From: Alistipes senegalensis
GTDB taxonomy: Bacteria; Cyanobacteriota; Vampirovibrionia; Gastranaerophilales; Gastranaerophilaceae
Direction: 5' to 3'
Length of the DNA stretch: 50,849 nucleotides
Assembly: GCA_963620955.1 (NCBI GenBank)
Contig: CAVFCO010000113.1
Span: 1-50,849, forward strand
The notes under the pieces are model-generated. The model was not told where the DNA came from and made no database searches. It saw nothing but the letters and a program-made list of their open reading frames with translations. Position numbers and translations under genes: made by a program. Shown piece after piece: positions 26,503 to 38,537 of this stretch. The stretch's first letter is position 1. Each line of letters begins with the position of its first letter.

Positions 26503-29500
26503 ATGTCGACTAAATTTGCAAAAAGGGTAACTCCAATGGGTATTCCAGCAACTAATTTGGATTATTTACCTGATTTAATTGAAGTGCAAAAAAAATCTTT
26601 TGAATGGTTTTTAAAAGAGGGTTTGAAAGAAGAATTACTTGCTTTTTCACCTATTAAAGACTATACAGGAAGATTAGAATTACACTTCCTACCAAACTAT
26701 ACTTTCGATAATGCTAAATACACTATCGAAGAAGCAAGAATTCACGATGCTACTTACGCAAAACAATTACGTGTTATGGTAAGACTTGTAAACCGTGATT
26801 CTGGTGAAATCAAAGAACAAGAAGTTTATATCGGTGATATTCCGACTATGACTGACAAAGGTACTTTCATTGTTAACGGTGCAGAACGTGTTATCGTTTC
26901 TCAAATCGTTCGTTCTCCAGGGGTTTACTACAAACGTGAAATCTCTCCAACTGGTAAACGTTTATACAATGCTACAATTATTCCAAACCGTGGTGCTTGG
27001 ATTAAAATTGAAACAGATTCTAACGATTTAATCTACGTTAAAATCGATAAAAACAGAAAAATCTTAGCAACTACATTATTAAAGGCAATGGGCTTATCAG
27101 TTGCTGAAATGGAAGCATCTTTCACTCACTTTGAATTCTTAAAGAAAACTTTAGAAAAAGATACAGCAGAAACTACAGATGATGCTTTAATCGATGTATA
27201 CAAAAAATTAAGACCTGGTGACCCTGCATCTGCTCAAGGTGGACGTCAAATTATCGAAGCACGTTTCTTTGATGAAAAGAAATATGATATCGGTCGTGTT
27301 GGTCGTTACAAAATGAACAAAAAATTGAACTTGAATATCCCTGCTTCTCAAAGAACATTGACTATTCAAGATATCGTTGCATCTATCGAATACTTAATCA
27401 ACTTAACTTATGATGAAGGTTCTGTAGATGATATCGACCACTTAGGTAACAGACGTGTTCGTTCAGTTGGTGAATTGTTACAAAACCAATTCAGAGTTGG
27501 TTTAAGCCGTATTGAACGTATCGTTAAAGAAAGAATGACACTACAAGATAGTGAAACTCTTACTCCATTGAACTTATTGAACACTAAACCATTAGTTGCT
27601 TCACTAAAAGAATTCTTTGGAAGTTCTCAATTATCACAATTTATGGACCAAATCAACCCATTGGCTGAATTGACTCACAAAAGACGTATTTCAGCATTAG
27701 GACCTGGCGGTTTACAAAGAGAACGTGCAGGTTTTGCGGTTCGTGATATTCACCCTTCACACTATGGACGTATTTGTCCGATTGAAACTCCTGAAGGTCC
27801 GAACGCAGGTTTGATTGGTTCTTTAGCAACTCACGCTAAAATCAACAATTACGGTTTCATCGAATCTCCATTCTTCGTTGTAAAAGACGGTGTGGTTACA
27901 GATGAAGTAGTTTATATGACAGCAGACGAAGACGAAAACTTACACTGTGCTCCTGCAGACGTACAATTGAACGAAGACGGCACTTTTAAAGATGCAAACG
28001 TTCCAGTTCGTTACAGATCAGAGTTCGTAATGTGTGAATCTTCAAAAGTTGACTTCGTTGGTGTTTGCCCAATTCAAATCATCTCAGTTGCGACATCAGT
28101 AATTCCATTTATCGAACACGATGACGCTAACCGTGCATTGATGGGTTCAAACATGCAACGTCAATCAGTACCTCTTTTAATCACTGAAAGACCAAGAGTT
28201 GCAACTGGTATGGAAGCCAGAGCAGCAAGAGATTCAGGTATGTTAATCATTTCTGAATACGACGGTGTTGTTGAAAGAGTAGTTGGTGAAGAAATTACAA
28301 TCAGAGACACTCAAGGTGTTCCTCACGTATATCAATTAATGAAATATGTAAGAAGCAACCAAGACACTTGTATCAACCAAAAACCTATCGTAAAAGAAGG
28401 TGATAAGGTTAAAGCAGGTGATGTAATCGCAGACGGTGCTTCAACATGTGGTGGTGAACTTTCATTAGGTAAAAATGTTTTAATTGCATATATGCCTTGG
28501 GAAGGATATAACTTCGAAGATGCTATCTTGTTATCAGAAAGATGCGTTCACGATGATATCTTTACTTCAGTTCACATCGAAAAATTAGAAATTGACGCAA
28601 GACAAACAAAACTAGGACCAGAAGAAATTACTCGTGAAATTCCAAATGTTTCAGAAGAATCTTTGAGACACTTAGATGAACGTGGTATTGTTCGTATCGG
28701 TGCTAGAGTGTATGCAGATGATATCCTTGTTGGTAAAGTAACTCCAAAAGGTGAATCTGAACACCCACCAGAAGAAAAATTGTTAAGAGCAATCTTCGCT
28801 GAAAAAGCACGTGATGTAAAAGACAACTCATTAAGAGTTCCTCACGGTGAAGGTGGTAGAGTACTTGACGTTAAAGTATTTGATAGAGAAAAAGGTGATG
28901 AATTACCACCTGGAGCAAATACAGTAATCAGAGTTTACATCGCTCAAAAACGTAAAGTTTCTGTAGGTGATAAACTTTCAGGTCGTCACGGTAACAAAGG
29001 TATCGTATCAAGAATTCTTGCAAAAGAAGATATGCCATTCTTACCAGACGGTACTCCAGTAGACGTAGTATTGAACCCTCTAGGTGTTCCTTCTCGTATG
29101 AACGTAGGTCAAACTTATGAACACTTATTAGGTTTAGCATCATACTTAACAAAAGAATATTATGCAGCACCTTCATTTGACGAACGTTTCGGCAAAAACA
29201 TGTCTGAAAAAGTTACAAAAGAAGAATTGTTACGTGGTATCAGAGAAACTGGTTGCGATTGGGTTGGCGAAGATGGTAAAGTTCGCTTAATCGACGGTCG
29301 TACTGGTGAACCATTTGATGAACCGGTTGCAGTAGGTTTAACTTACTTCTTGAAACTTGTTCACTTGGTAGATGATAAAATCCACGCTCGTTCAACAGGT
29401 CCTTACTCATTAGTAACACAACAACCATTGGGTGGTAAAGCACAATTCGGTGGTCAAAGATTTGGTGAAATGGAAGTTTGGGCTCTTGAAGCATACGGTG

Positions 29501-29817
29501 CTGCATACACACTTCAAGAAATGCTTACAATCAAATCAGATGATGTTAACGGACGTAATAGAGCGTACGAAGCAATTGTTAAAGGTGATAACATTCCAAG
29601 ACCTGGTATCCCTGAATCATTCAAAGTACTTGTAAGAGAATTACAAAGTATCGGTTTGGATATCACAGTTGCTAAAAAAGACGGTGTTGAAGTTGACTTA
29701 ATGAGCGATATGGACGACTTGAGAAAGGCTGCTCCAAAACGCACATTATCAGACATTGATTCAGAGTTGTTAAACATTAACTTCTTTGAAACACCAACAA
29801 CATTCGGTGATCTATAA
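26503..29817 (+). CDS. rpoB: DNA-directed RNA polymerase subunit beta
   Basis: 1104 aa with canonical blocks [35 protein letters not shown] and [15 protein letters not shown]. Confidence 0.97.
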   Translation: MSTKFAKRVTPMGIPATNLDYLPDLIEVQKKSFEWFLKEGLKEELLAFSPIKDYTGRLELHFLPNYTFDNAKYTIEEARIHDATYAKQLRVMVRLVNRDSGEIKEQEVYIGDIPTMTDKGTFIVNGAERVIVSQIVRSPGVYYKREISPTGKRLYNATIIPNRGAWIKIETDSNDLIYVKIDKNRKILATTLLKAMGLSVAEMEASFTHFEFLKKTLEKDTAETTDDALIDVYKKLRPGDPASAQGGRQIIEARFFDEKKYDIGRVGRYKMNKKLNLNIPASQRTLTIQDIVASIEYLINLTYDEGSVDDIDHLGNRRVRSVGELLQNQFRVGLSRIERIVKERMTLQDSETLTPLNLLNTKPLVASLKEFFGSSQLSQFMDQINPLAELTHKRRISALGPGGLQRERAGFAVRDIHPSHYGRICPIETPEGPNAGLIGSLATHAKINNYGFIESPFFVVKDGVVTDEVVYMTADEDENLHCAPADVQLNEDGTFKDANVPVRYRSEFVMCESSKVDFVGVCPIQIISVATSVIPFIEHDDANRALMGSNMQRQSVPLLITERPRVATGMEARAARDSGMLIISEYDGVVERVVGEEITIRDTQGVPHVYQLMKYVRSNQDTCINQKPIVKEGDKVKAGDVIADGASTCGGELSLGKNVLIAYMPWEGYNFEDAILLSERCVHDDIFTSVHIEKLEIDARQTKLGPEEITREIPNVSEESLRHLDERGIVRIGARVYADDILVGKVTPKGESEHPPEEKLLRAIFAEKARDVKDNSLRVPHGEGGRVLDVKVFDREKGDELPPGANTVIRVYIAQKRKVSVGDKLSGRHGNKGIVSRILAKEDMPFLPDGTPVDVVLNPLGVPSRMNVGQTYEHLLGLASYLTKEYYAAPSFDERFGKNMSEKVTKEELLRGIRETGCDWVGEDGKVRLIDGRTGEPFDEPVAVGLTYFLKLVHLVDDKIHARSTGPYSLVTQQPLGGKAQFGGQRFGEMEVWALEAYGAAYTLQEMLTIKSDDVNGRNRAYEAIVKGDNIPRPGIPESFKVLVRELQSIGLDITVAKKDGVEVDLMSDMDDLRKAAPKRTLSDIDSELLNINFFETPTTFGDL

Positions 29818-29866
29818 TCCGAAAGATAAGATTAGACAACAAACTCAACAAAGGAGAAAATTATAA

Positions 29867-31576
<1,710 letters not shown>

Positions 31577-31591
31577 TATAAAGGTAAAAAA

Positions 31592-34500
31592 ATGACAAAT
31601 ATGTATACAACACAGAAGAAAACAGTAGATTTCATTAATAAACAAATGGATAAAGGTGCATTGAAAAACTTACTTGCACAAATCTATCTTGAATTTGGTG
31701 GTGCAAAAACAGCAACCCTTGCTAACACTTTGAAAAACTTGGGTTACCATTACGCAACAAAATCAGGCGTAACAATTTCAATTTCAGATTTGTCTGTACC
31801 TCCTATCAAGCAACAATTGTTGAAAGAAGCAGATGAAGAAATTCAAAAATCAACAAACAGATACTTAAAAGGTGAAATTACCGAAGTAGAAAGATATACA
31901 AAAGTTATCGACACTTGGTCAGAAACAACAGCAAAATTAACTGAACAAGTAGTTAAAAACTTCGATAGATTGAACCCAGTATATATGATGGCGTTCTCTG
32001 GTGCCAGAGGTAACTTATCACAAGTATCACAATTGGTTGGTATGCGTGGTTTGATGGCTGATGCACAAGGTCAAATCATCGACTTGCCGATTAGAGCAAA
32101 CTTTAAAGAAGGATTGTCAGTAACTGAATACATCATTTCTTCATACGGTGCTCGTAAAGGTCTTGTAGATACAGCGTTGAAAACAGCCGACTCTGGTTAC
32201 TTAACAAGACGTTTGGTTGACGTTGCTCAAGACGTTATCATTCGTGATACAGATTGCCACGGTAAAAAACACATTATGTTGAAAGGTATCTACGACGGAG
32301 ATACTTGTATTGTTCCATTAATCGACAGATTATTGGGTAGAACAATTGCTCAAGATATCGTTGATGCTGACGGCAATGTTTTAATCGAAGCAAACACAAC
32401 TTTAGATAGAAAAGATATCAAGAAAATTGAACGTTCTGGTATTGAATTAACAGAACTTGCAGTTCGTTCAGGCTTAACTTGTGAACTTGAATATGGTATT
32501 TGCCAAAAATGTTACGGTTGGGCAATGACAACTCAAAAATTAGTTGATGTTGGTGAATCAATTGGTATTATCGCAGCACAATCAATCGGTGAACCTGGTA
32601 CACAGTTAACAATGAGAACATTCCACACTGGTGGTGTATTTAAAGGTTCTGGTGCTATGAAACACATCATCGCTGAAGAAGCAGGTGAAATTGTTTCAGA
32701 CGTTAAAACTCGTGAAGTTAGAACACGTCACGGGGATATCGTACAAATCCTTATTCTTGAATCTGATGTCGAAGTTAAAGGCGAAAAGAAATCAAGAAAA
32801 TACCACATTCCTGCAGGTGCTAAAATCTTATTCAAAAAAGGTCAAAAAATTGAAAAAGGCTTTGAACTTGCTGAATACGAACCAGTATCACAAGGGGACG
32901 GTTCTCGTTTAACAGAAAAAGCAACAAAAGATATTACTTCTGATTTGTCAGGTGAAGTTGTTTACCAAGACTTTACTGCAGATGAAAAGAAAGACAGACA
33001 AGGTAACGTATCAAGAACTGCTAACAAGAGCGGTGTTGTTTGGGTTCTAGGTGGCGATGTTTACAACTTACCTGGTGGTTCAAAAATTCTTGTTAAAGAT
33101 GAACAAAAAATTAAACAAGGCGAAAAATTGGCTGAAACACTTACAATCTGCGAACACGGTGGTGAAGTAAGAGTTGGCGAAGACCTTGAAATTGAAGAAA
33201 CTAAATTTGAAGGTAAAAAAATCAAGAAAATTGTTTCTGGTAAAGAATTAACAATCGTTATCGCTTCAATTATGCCTTCAAATGCTTCATTTGAACAAAC
33301 TAAAAAAGAACAAATTTGGACAGTTGAAGATTCAGGCGAAAAATATATCGTTAAATCTCCAGTTGATACAACAGTTGAAAACGGTATGATTATTGCCGAA
33401 TTAATCAGTGATGATTGCTCAGTTTCATCTTCTGGTGAAATCAAATACATCGACGTAGAAGTTGATGAAAACCAAATCATTACAAAATCTGGTGATATCG
33501 TATTTATTCCAGAAGAAGTTCACCAATTGAACAAAGAATCTTCTTTGAAAATGGTTGAATCTGGTACAAAAGTTACTGCTGGTACAGAAATTGTAAAAGA
33601 CGTATACTGCCACTTAGACGGTATCGTTGAAATCAAAGAATACAATGATGTAATTCACGAAGTAACAATCAGACCTGGTGAAATTCACCAACTTGCAAAC
33701 GTTTCAGAATTGAAAGTTGAAGAAGGTGAAGTAATCAAAAAAGGTACTTTAATCGCTGACGGTATCAAAGCAAAAGAAACTTCAATCGTTACAATTATGG
33801 ATTCAGATATGGAAGATTTGGACATCGAAGATTTAGATGAAGAAAAAGAATCTTTGAGTCTTGATGAAGATAGTATCGCAAATCAACCAATTCAAATCTT
33901 AGTAAGACCAGTTCAAGTTATCAAAATTAATCAAAAAGACGTATCAATCAAATTTGATACAACTGATGAATTAATTGATATTATTCCTGTAACTCAATTA
34001 CAATACAAAGACGGTGCAAGAGTAAGAAATCTTGACGGTGCTACATTAATCAGAACAAGTTTAGTACTTCAAATGCAAGGCTACTTATCTCACTTAAAAG
34101 GTATGGTAGAACTTGATGAAAAAGGTGCTTTGAAAATTGTTGTACTTGATAAATTAATCGTACGTCGTGAAATTGAAGGTAATTCAAAATTAAACGATTC
34201 ACTTCAAACTGAACTTTTAGTTAAAAACGGTGAAACAATTGCTCCAAAAACACCAGTAGCAAAAACTTGTGTATTAGCAATGAATGACGGTGTTGCTTCA
34301 ATCAAAAACGAAGAAGAAGAAGCAAGAAGATTACTTTTAATTTGTGAAAACTACGAAGAAAAAGTTGCAATCAAATCAAAAGCAGTTGTAAAAGCCGGTC
34401 AATTTATAAAACAAGACGATTTATTAACAGAAGGTGAAGACAGATCTCCAGTTTCTGGTCAAATCGTAAGTGTTACAAAATCAGAAATCGTAATTCGTGC

Positions 34501-35455
34501 TGGTAGACCATACTTAATCAGCCCTGGTACAATGTTACAAGTATCAGCAGGTTCATTGGTACTACGTGGTGATATGCTTGTTACATTGGTATACGAAAGA
34601 CAAAAAACAGGTGATATCGTACAAGGTCTTCCAAGAGTAGAAGAATTACTTGAAGGTAGAAAACCAAAAGACTGTGCTATTTTGGCTGAAGAAGACGGTA
34701 CTGCTATCATTGAAACAGATGATGATATGCCAAGATTGTATGTAGAAAATGAAGAAGGTGCTAGAACTGAAATCAAATTTGCAATCGATGCAAATATCGT
34801 TGTTCAAAATGGTCAAAAAATCAAAAAAGGTCAACCATTAACAAGTGGTCCTTTGAACCCACACGATGTTATCAGATTATGTGGTCCAGAAGTAGCACAA
34901 CAATACTTGGTAGACGAAGTACAACGTGTATACCGTTCTCAAGGTGTAGAAATCGCTGATAAACACGTTGAAATCATCGTAAGACAAATGACTAAGAAAG
35001 TTAAAGTAGTTGATGCTGGTGATACAAACTTACTTCCGGGTGAATTGGTTGAAGTTCAATTATTCGAAAAAGAAAATGCAGCAGTTCAAGCAAATGGCGG
35101 TCAAGTTGCAACTTGTGAGTACATGTTATTAGGTATCACAAAAGCATCATTGAATACTGAATCATTTATTTCTGCAGCATCATTCCAAGAAACAACAAGA
35201 ATCTTGACAGAAGCAGCAGTTGACGGTAAAAAAGACTTGTTGAGAGGTTTGAAAGAAAACGTTATCATCGGTCGTCTAATCCCTGCTGGTACTGGTTTCT
35301 ATCACTTAACTCATGCAAATGAAGAAAAGGATAAAGAAGCACAACGTCGTGCAGCACAAAGAAACCAAGCAAGAAAACCATCTGCAATTCTTGAAGAAAT
35401 CGAAGGAATGTTCGGTGCTCCTGAATTTTCAATTGATGATGAAACAATCGGTTAG
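31592..35455 (+). CDS. rpoC2: DNA-directed RNA polymerase subunit beta-prime (C-terminal part, split rpoC) with a large trigger-loop insertion
   Basis: 1287 aa. SGARGN and bridge-helix [21 protein letters not shown]. Trigger-loop halves [10 protein letters not shown] and [15 protein letters not shown] are separated by about 650 aa. Confidence 0.95.
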   Translation: MTNMYTTQKKTVDFINKQMDKGALKNLLAQIYLEFGGAKTATLANTLKNLGYHYATKSGVTISISDLSVPPIKQQLLKEADEEIQKSTNRYLKGEITEVERYTKVIDTWSETTAKLTEQVVKNFDRLNPVYMMAFSGARGNLSQVSQLVGMRGLMADAQGQIIDLPIRANFKEGLSVTEYIISSYGARKGLVDTALKTADSGYLTRRLVDVAQDVIIRDTDCHGKKHIMLKGIYDGDTCIVPLIDRLLGRTIAQDIVDADGNVLIEANTTLDRKDIKKIERSGIELTELAVRSGLTCELEYGICQKCYGWAMTTQKLVDVGESIGIIAAQSIGEPGTQLTMRTFHTGGVFKGSGAMKHIIAEEAGEIVSDVKTREVRTRHGDIVQILILESDVEVKGEKKSRKYHIPAGAKILFKKGQKIEKGFELAEYEPVSQGDGSRLTEKATKDITSDLSGEVVYQDFTADEKKDRQGNVSRTANKSGVVWVLGGDVYNLPGGSKILVKDEQKIKQGEKLAETLTICEHGGEVRVGEDLEIEETKFEGKKIKKIVSGKELTIVIASIMPSNASFEQTKKEQIWTVEDSGEKYIVKSPVDTTVENGMIIAELISDDCSVSSSGEIKYIDVEVDENQIITKSGDIVFIPEEVHQLNKESSLKMVESGTKVTAGTEIVKDVYCHLDGIVEIKEYNDVIHEVTIRPGEIHQLANVSELKVEEGEVIKKGTLIADGIKAKETSIVTIMDSDMEDLDIEDLDEEKESLSLDEDSIANQPIQILVRPVQVIKINQKDVSIKFDTTDELIDIIPVTQLQYKDGARVRNLDGATLIRTSLVLQMQGYLSHLKGMVELDEKGALKIVVLDKLIVRREIEGNSKLNDSLQTELLVKNGETIAPKTPVAKTCVLAMNDGVASIKNEEEEARRLLLICENYEEKVAIKSKAVVKAGQFIKQDDLLTEGEDRSPVSGQIVSVTKSEIVIRAGRPYLISPGTMLQVSAGSLVLRGDMLVTLVYERQKTGDIVQGLPRVEELLEGRKPKDCAILAEEDGTAIIETDDDMPRLYVENEEGARTEIKFAIDANIVVQNGQKIKKGQPLTSGPLNPHDVIRLCGPEVAQQYLVDEVQRVYRSQGVEIADKHVEIIVRQMTKKVKVVDAGDTNLLPGELVEVQLFEKENAAVQANGGQVATCEYMLLGITKASLNTESFISAASFQETTRILTEAAVDGKKDLLRGLKENVIIGRLIPAGTGFYHLTHANEEKDKEAQRRAAQRNQARKPSAILEEIEGMFGAPEFSIDDETIG

Positions 35456-35470
35456 ATTGAAATAAATAGA

Positions 35471-35507
35471 AAAAGGCGAGATGTCAAACATCTCGCCTTT
35501 TTTTTAT
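35471..35507. terminator. Bidirectional rho-independent terminator between rpoC2 and the convergent acyltransferase gene
   Basis: Stem aaaaaggcgagatgt / acatctcgccttttt with a 3-nt loop and a long T-run. Confidence 0.8.
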
Positions 35508-35518
35508 TAAAAATTTTT

Positions 35519-36328
35519 TTAAACTCCAGAACCTTTGATTTCGATTTTTTTCAAACGTTGTTCAATTTTTCTGTACCATTTTAGTGGTTGTTGGAATAGA
35601 GTTTTGTATTCGTCTAATTTACCTTCTGAAAGTTCTTTGAACTGTTTATCGCAAGATTCTGTCATTACATTTTCTAAGTAATGAGTATATTCTTTTCTAT
35701 CGATTTTGCTATCATCTAAAACGATTGGGTCGTGGAATTCAACCAAAACTTCCGGTCTATCCGCACGTAAGAACATATAATTTACCGCAACCGGAATTAG
35801 ATTAACTTTGCCATATTTTTCCACTGCATTTTGTGCAATGTATGCAAGACCTGTTTGGAAATTTATAGGTCTGTAGTTAGGTGGCATGATAATTCCTTGT
35901 GGGAAAATATACAAGAAATTATTCAAATCACCAATTGCTTCAACTGAATATTTAAGTGCTGCCATAGAGGCTTGTGGAGATTTTTTGTTAACTGAAAATG
36001 CTCCTGCACGACGTAATAATGGGAAGCGGTTTAATTCTTCAACCATAATACGAATTTCTTTTTTGAAAATTCTTCTGCAGATGTTATAGCCAACAATACC
36101 GTCCCACCAGTTTGAATGAGGTGCAAAAAGTATTGTAGGGATAGAATCATCTCTTTCTAAAACTTTTTCAGCATTCTTATGACGGAGAGCGAAAAATCTA
36201 TTTTCAAGCATTCCGTAGAAAAACTGATTGCCTACCCACAACCAAAATTTAGAGGTTTTTGCGGGTGCGAATTTTTCATTTTTATTCCTCAATTTTGTTG
36301 GAGGAACTTTTGAATATAAATTTTCCAT
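35519..36328 (-). CDS. PlsC-family lysophospholipid/glycerolipid acyltransferase
   Basis: HSNWWDG (HX4D acyltransferase motif) and IFPQG (motif III-like). 269 aa. Confidence 0.7.
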   Translation of the reverse strand: MENLYSKVPPTKLRNKNEKFAPAKTSKFWLWVGNQFFYGMLENRFFALRHKNAEKVLERDDSIPTILFAPHSNWWDGIVGYNICRRIFKKEIRIMVEELNRFPLLRRAGAFSVNKKSPQASMAALKYSVEAIGDLNNFLYIFPQGIIMPPNYRPINFQTGLAYIAQNAVEKYGKVNLIPVAVNYMFLRADRPEVLVEFHDPIVLDDSKIDRKEYTHYLENVMTESCDKQFKELSEGKLDEYKTLFQQPLKWYRKIEQRLKKIEIKGSGV

Positions 36329-36427
36329 ATTGTCATTTTATAACAGCCATACTTTTTTAAACCCTTTAAAAAGTGTAATTTTTAAAAAACTTAACATATC
36401 CGTTGACGGCAAAAATGGTTTATTATA

Positions 36428-36600
36428 GCATGGGCTCAGAGGAAATGAAGTGAATATCTTCAACTGTGCCGCAGCCGTAAAAGTCGGAATGCTCCGGAAA
36501 GATTGGAAGGTCTTTCATGTAACTTATCGCCGAACTTCGGATACAAAGTTAAGGCTTAATTATTAAAACTGAATAATTACCCAACCCCTTTAGATAAGTT
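36428..36600 (+). promoter_or_regulatory. Candidate cobalamin (B12) riboswitch-like leader
   Basis: Plus-strand AGGAAA, then hairpin GAAG-UGAAUAU-CUUC (36448..36462), then ACUGUGCCGCAGCCGUAA (36464..36481). This parallels the conserved core GGGAA..GGUGAAA..CC..GCUG.C.CGCAGC.GUAA of cobalamin riboswitches (E. coli btuB leader, from memory). Followed by GGAAUGCUCCGG (36487..36498) and UUGGAAGGUC (36504..36513), resembling the GAAUGCCAC / GGGAAGGC elements. I did not find a clear B12 box or P1 stem. Confidence 0.5.
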
Positions 36601-36640
36601 TCTCAGCACCCTAAGGAAGTATAAGGATAAGTGTAACGTA

Positions 36641-37381
36641 ATGCCTGTTGCAGGTGTACAAACGAATAACGTAAGTAATGGAACATGTCCTCACGGATTG
36701 CCACACGGAGCGTGTCCAATTTGTTCTGGTGGAATGGGAAGTGCTTCTCAAAAGAAAGCAGATTTCTCAGCAAAACCAGGGGAAATGAGTTGGAACGAAT
36801 GTGCCGCAATTGGTGCAATGATGCGTGCTGCAAAACTTCGAAAACAAATGAATGCTCAGGCTCATGAGAATAGGCTTATGCAGATTGCAAATTTTGAGCG
36901 AACAATGATGAATACATCTCAAAAATTGGCTCAATTGGTTGCAATGGTATCAAATAATATGCCAAGTGCTATTGCAAAGCCTGTTTCTGTAATGATTAAC
37001 AAAGTTTTAATTCCAGTTCTCAATACAATGAAGAATATTCCAACAAATATAATGAAATCTTTTGATGCTATACGGCAAAAGGTTTTTGATATTCAAGATA
37101 AACTGAATGCGATGTTTGGTGAAATGAAAAATTCTATTGAAAAGAAAGTCTCCGAAACTCTCGCTAATTTTAGAAAAAAAGTCCGATTACTTTTCCAAGT
37201 AGACGAAACAACCGAAACCACGGACGAAGAAAAGGAAATTGAGGAAGAAAAACGAACATTTGAGGTTAAAACTTTTATAAACGATTTGTACAACAAAATT
37301 ACTCAAATGACCCAAACTTACGGACAATATAAAAAAGAAGAATTTGAAAATAAAAACAAAGACAAAAACAAAACAGGATAA
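36641..37381 (+). CDS. Hypothetical protein with N-terminal Cys/His knuckle and Lys/Glu-rich helical tail
   Basis: 246 aa. CPHGLPHGACPICSGG near the N-terminus; the rest looks helical or coiled-coil, with a TTETTDEEKEIEEEK and KNKDKNK tail. No signal peptide. Confidence 0.6.
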   Translation: MPVAGVQTNNVSNGTCPHGLPHGACPICSGGMGSASQKKADFSAKPGEMSWNECAAIGAMMRAAKLRKQMNAQAHENRLMQIANFERTMMNTSQKLAQLVAMVSNNMPSAIAKPVSVMINKVLIPVLNTMKNIPTNIMKSFDAIRQKVFDIQDKLNAMFGEMKNSIEKKVSETLANFRKKVRLLFQVDETTETTDEEKEIEEEKRTFEVKTFINDLYNKITQMTQTYGQYKKEEFENKNKDKNKTG

Positions 37382-37383
37382 AA

Positions 37384-37884
37384 ATGCAAGTTAATAAAAT
37401 AACAAACAATTTAGCAAAACTAATGTTAGTAGACGATTTAGGCTTTAAAAAAGCCCAAATGCCAACTGCAAACAGACCTTATTGCATTTTTGATATGGAT
37501 AAGGTTGATGTTTTTGTTAAAAATAAAGAAAAAGCACTTCCAAAATTGTCCAATATGCTTCAAACTGCAAAAACAGAAGATGAAATTGTAGAGGGGCTAT
37601 ATATTGCAGATAGAATGATTGACGGTGGAACAAAAGGTATTGGAAATCTTTACTATTCAGTATTCTCACGTTTTAATGAGTCAAGAAGTGCAAATGTTCA
37701 AACTTTTTTGTCTGGAATTTATAGAAAAACTCTAAATCCAGATGCGTTTGGACCTTTGGTAAAAATGATGTGTAACAATATCATTGACCCTCCAAAATCA
37801 AACTTTGACCCGAATGAAGAAGTCGGTGGGGCAGTAATTGAGTATATCAGAGATGCAGTAAAGCAAAGTAAATCTAAAAAGTAA
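37384..37884 (+). CDS. Hypothetical protein, paralog A of a duplicated pair
   Basis: 166 aa. Starts 2 nt after the previous stop. Shares a long conserved core with the next gene (PYC.FD..KVD.FV..KEKA.P.L..ML..AKTEDEI.EGLYIADRMI..GTKG). Confidence 0.6.
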   Translation: MQVNKITNNLAKLMLVDDLGFKKAQMPTANRPYCIFDMDKVDVFVKNKEKALPKLSNMLQTAKTEDEIVEGLYIADRMIDGGTKGIGNLYYSVFSRFNESRSANVQTFLSGIYRKTLNPDAFGPLVKMMCNNIIDPPKSNFDPNEEVGGAVIEYIRDAVKQSKSKK

Positions 37885-37916
37885 TATAAAATTAGAATAA
37901 AGGAAAAGGAAAGAAA

Positions 37917-38537
37917 ATGAGATTACAAGCAATCACAAATCCAATTAGCAGAGTATTTTTCAAAAGTTCAGAAGTCGAAAAAACTCCAGTTCAAGCAGTT
38001 CAACCAATTGCGAGTGGTTTAAATCAACCAGAAAAAGATGAATTCGTAAAAAATACTCCAGCAGAAGATGACAAACCTTTTGAATTACCAAAAGATGTTG
38101 AATTCAAAAAGCCAAGAATGGCTACAAAAGAAAAACCTTATTGCGAATTTGACCAAAACAAAGTAGATTTGTTCGTAAATGCAAAAGAAAAAGCAATTCC
38201 AACATTGACAAAAATGTTAGGCGAAGCAAAAACAGAAGATGAAATTTGCGAAGGTTTATACATCGCAGACAGAATGATTGCAAACGGTACAAAAGGCATG
38301 GATAAAATGTATTACGGTTCATTCTCACGTTTTAACGAAGACCGTTCACCAAACGTTCAATCATTGTTGTCAGGTGTTTATAGAAGAATATTAGTTCCAG
38401 ATGCTTTTGGACCTTTGATGAAAATGTTGGTTACAAACATTTTAGTTCCTCAAAAAGACGCACCATTTGACCCAAATGAAGCAATTGGCGGTTCAATTTT
38501 AGAACACATTAAAACGAAGGAGATTCACCCTCTGTAG
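37917..38537 (+). CDS. Hypothetical protein, paralog B of the duplicated pair, with about 70 extra N-terminal residues
   Basis: 206 aa with a strong AAGGAAAAGGAAAG RBS. About 60 percent identity to paralog A over about 135 aa, by manual alignment. Confidence 0.6.
   Translation: MRLQAITNPISRVFFKSSEVEKTPVQAVQPIASGLNQPEKDEFVKNTPAEDDKPFELPKDVEFKKPRMATKEKPYCEFDQNKVDLFVNAKEKAIPTLTKMLGEAKTEDEICEGLYIADRMIANGTKGMDKMYYGSFSRFNEDRSPNVQSLLSGVYRRILVPDAFGPLMKMLVTNILVPQKDAPFDPNEAIGGSILEHIKTKEIHPL

Noticed and set aside
28572-28826. Antisense ORFs within rpoB and rpoC2 (28572..28826, 28928..29176, 29240..29512, 29514..29777, 33061..33480, 34459..34776).
   Set aside because: They lie inside strongly conserved RNA polymerase coding sequence, are Ser/Leu/Ile-rich as is typical of reverse-frame artefacts in AT-rich genes, and have no translation signals.
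36404-36432. TTGACG hexamer as the -35 element of a promoter for the riboswitch-like leader.
   Set aside because: The only good -10-like hexamer (TATTAT) is 12 nt away. A 17-nt spacing gives only TAGCAT, and the implied start site would truncate the 5' part of the putative aptamer. The promoter is therefore left uncalled.
36603-36833. 76-aa minus-strand ORF spanning the start of the 36641 gene and the leader.
   Set aside because: It overlaps the better-supported plus-strand gene and the riboswitch-like element. Its composition is His/Leu/Arg-rich, shadow-like, and it has no RBS.
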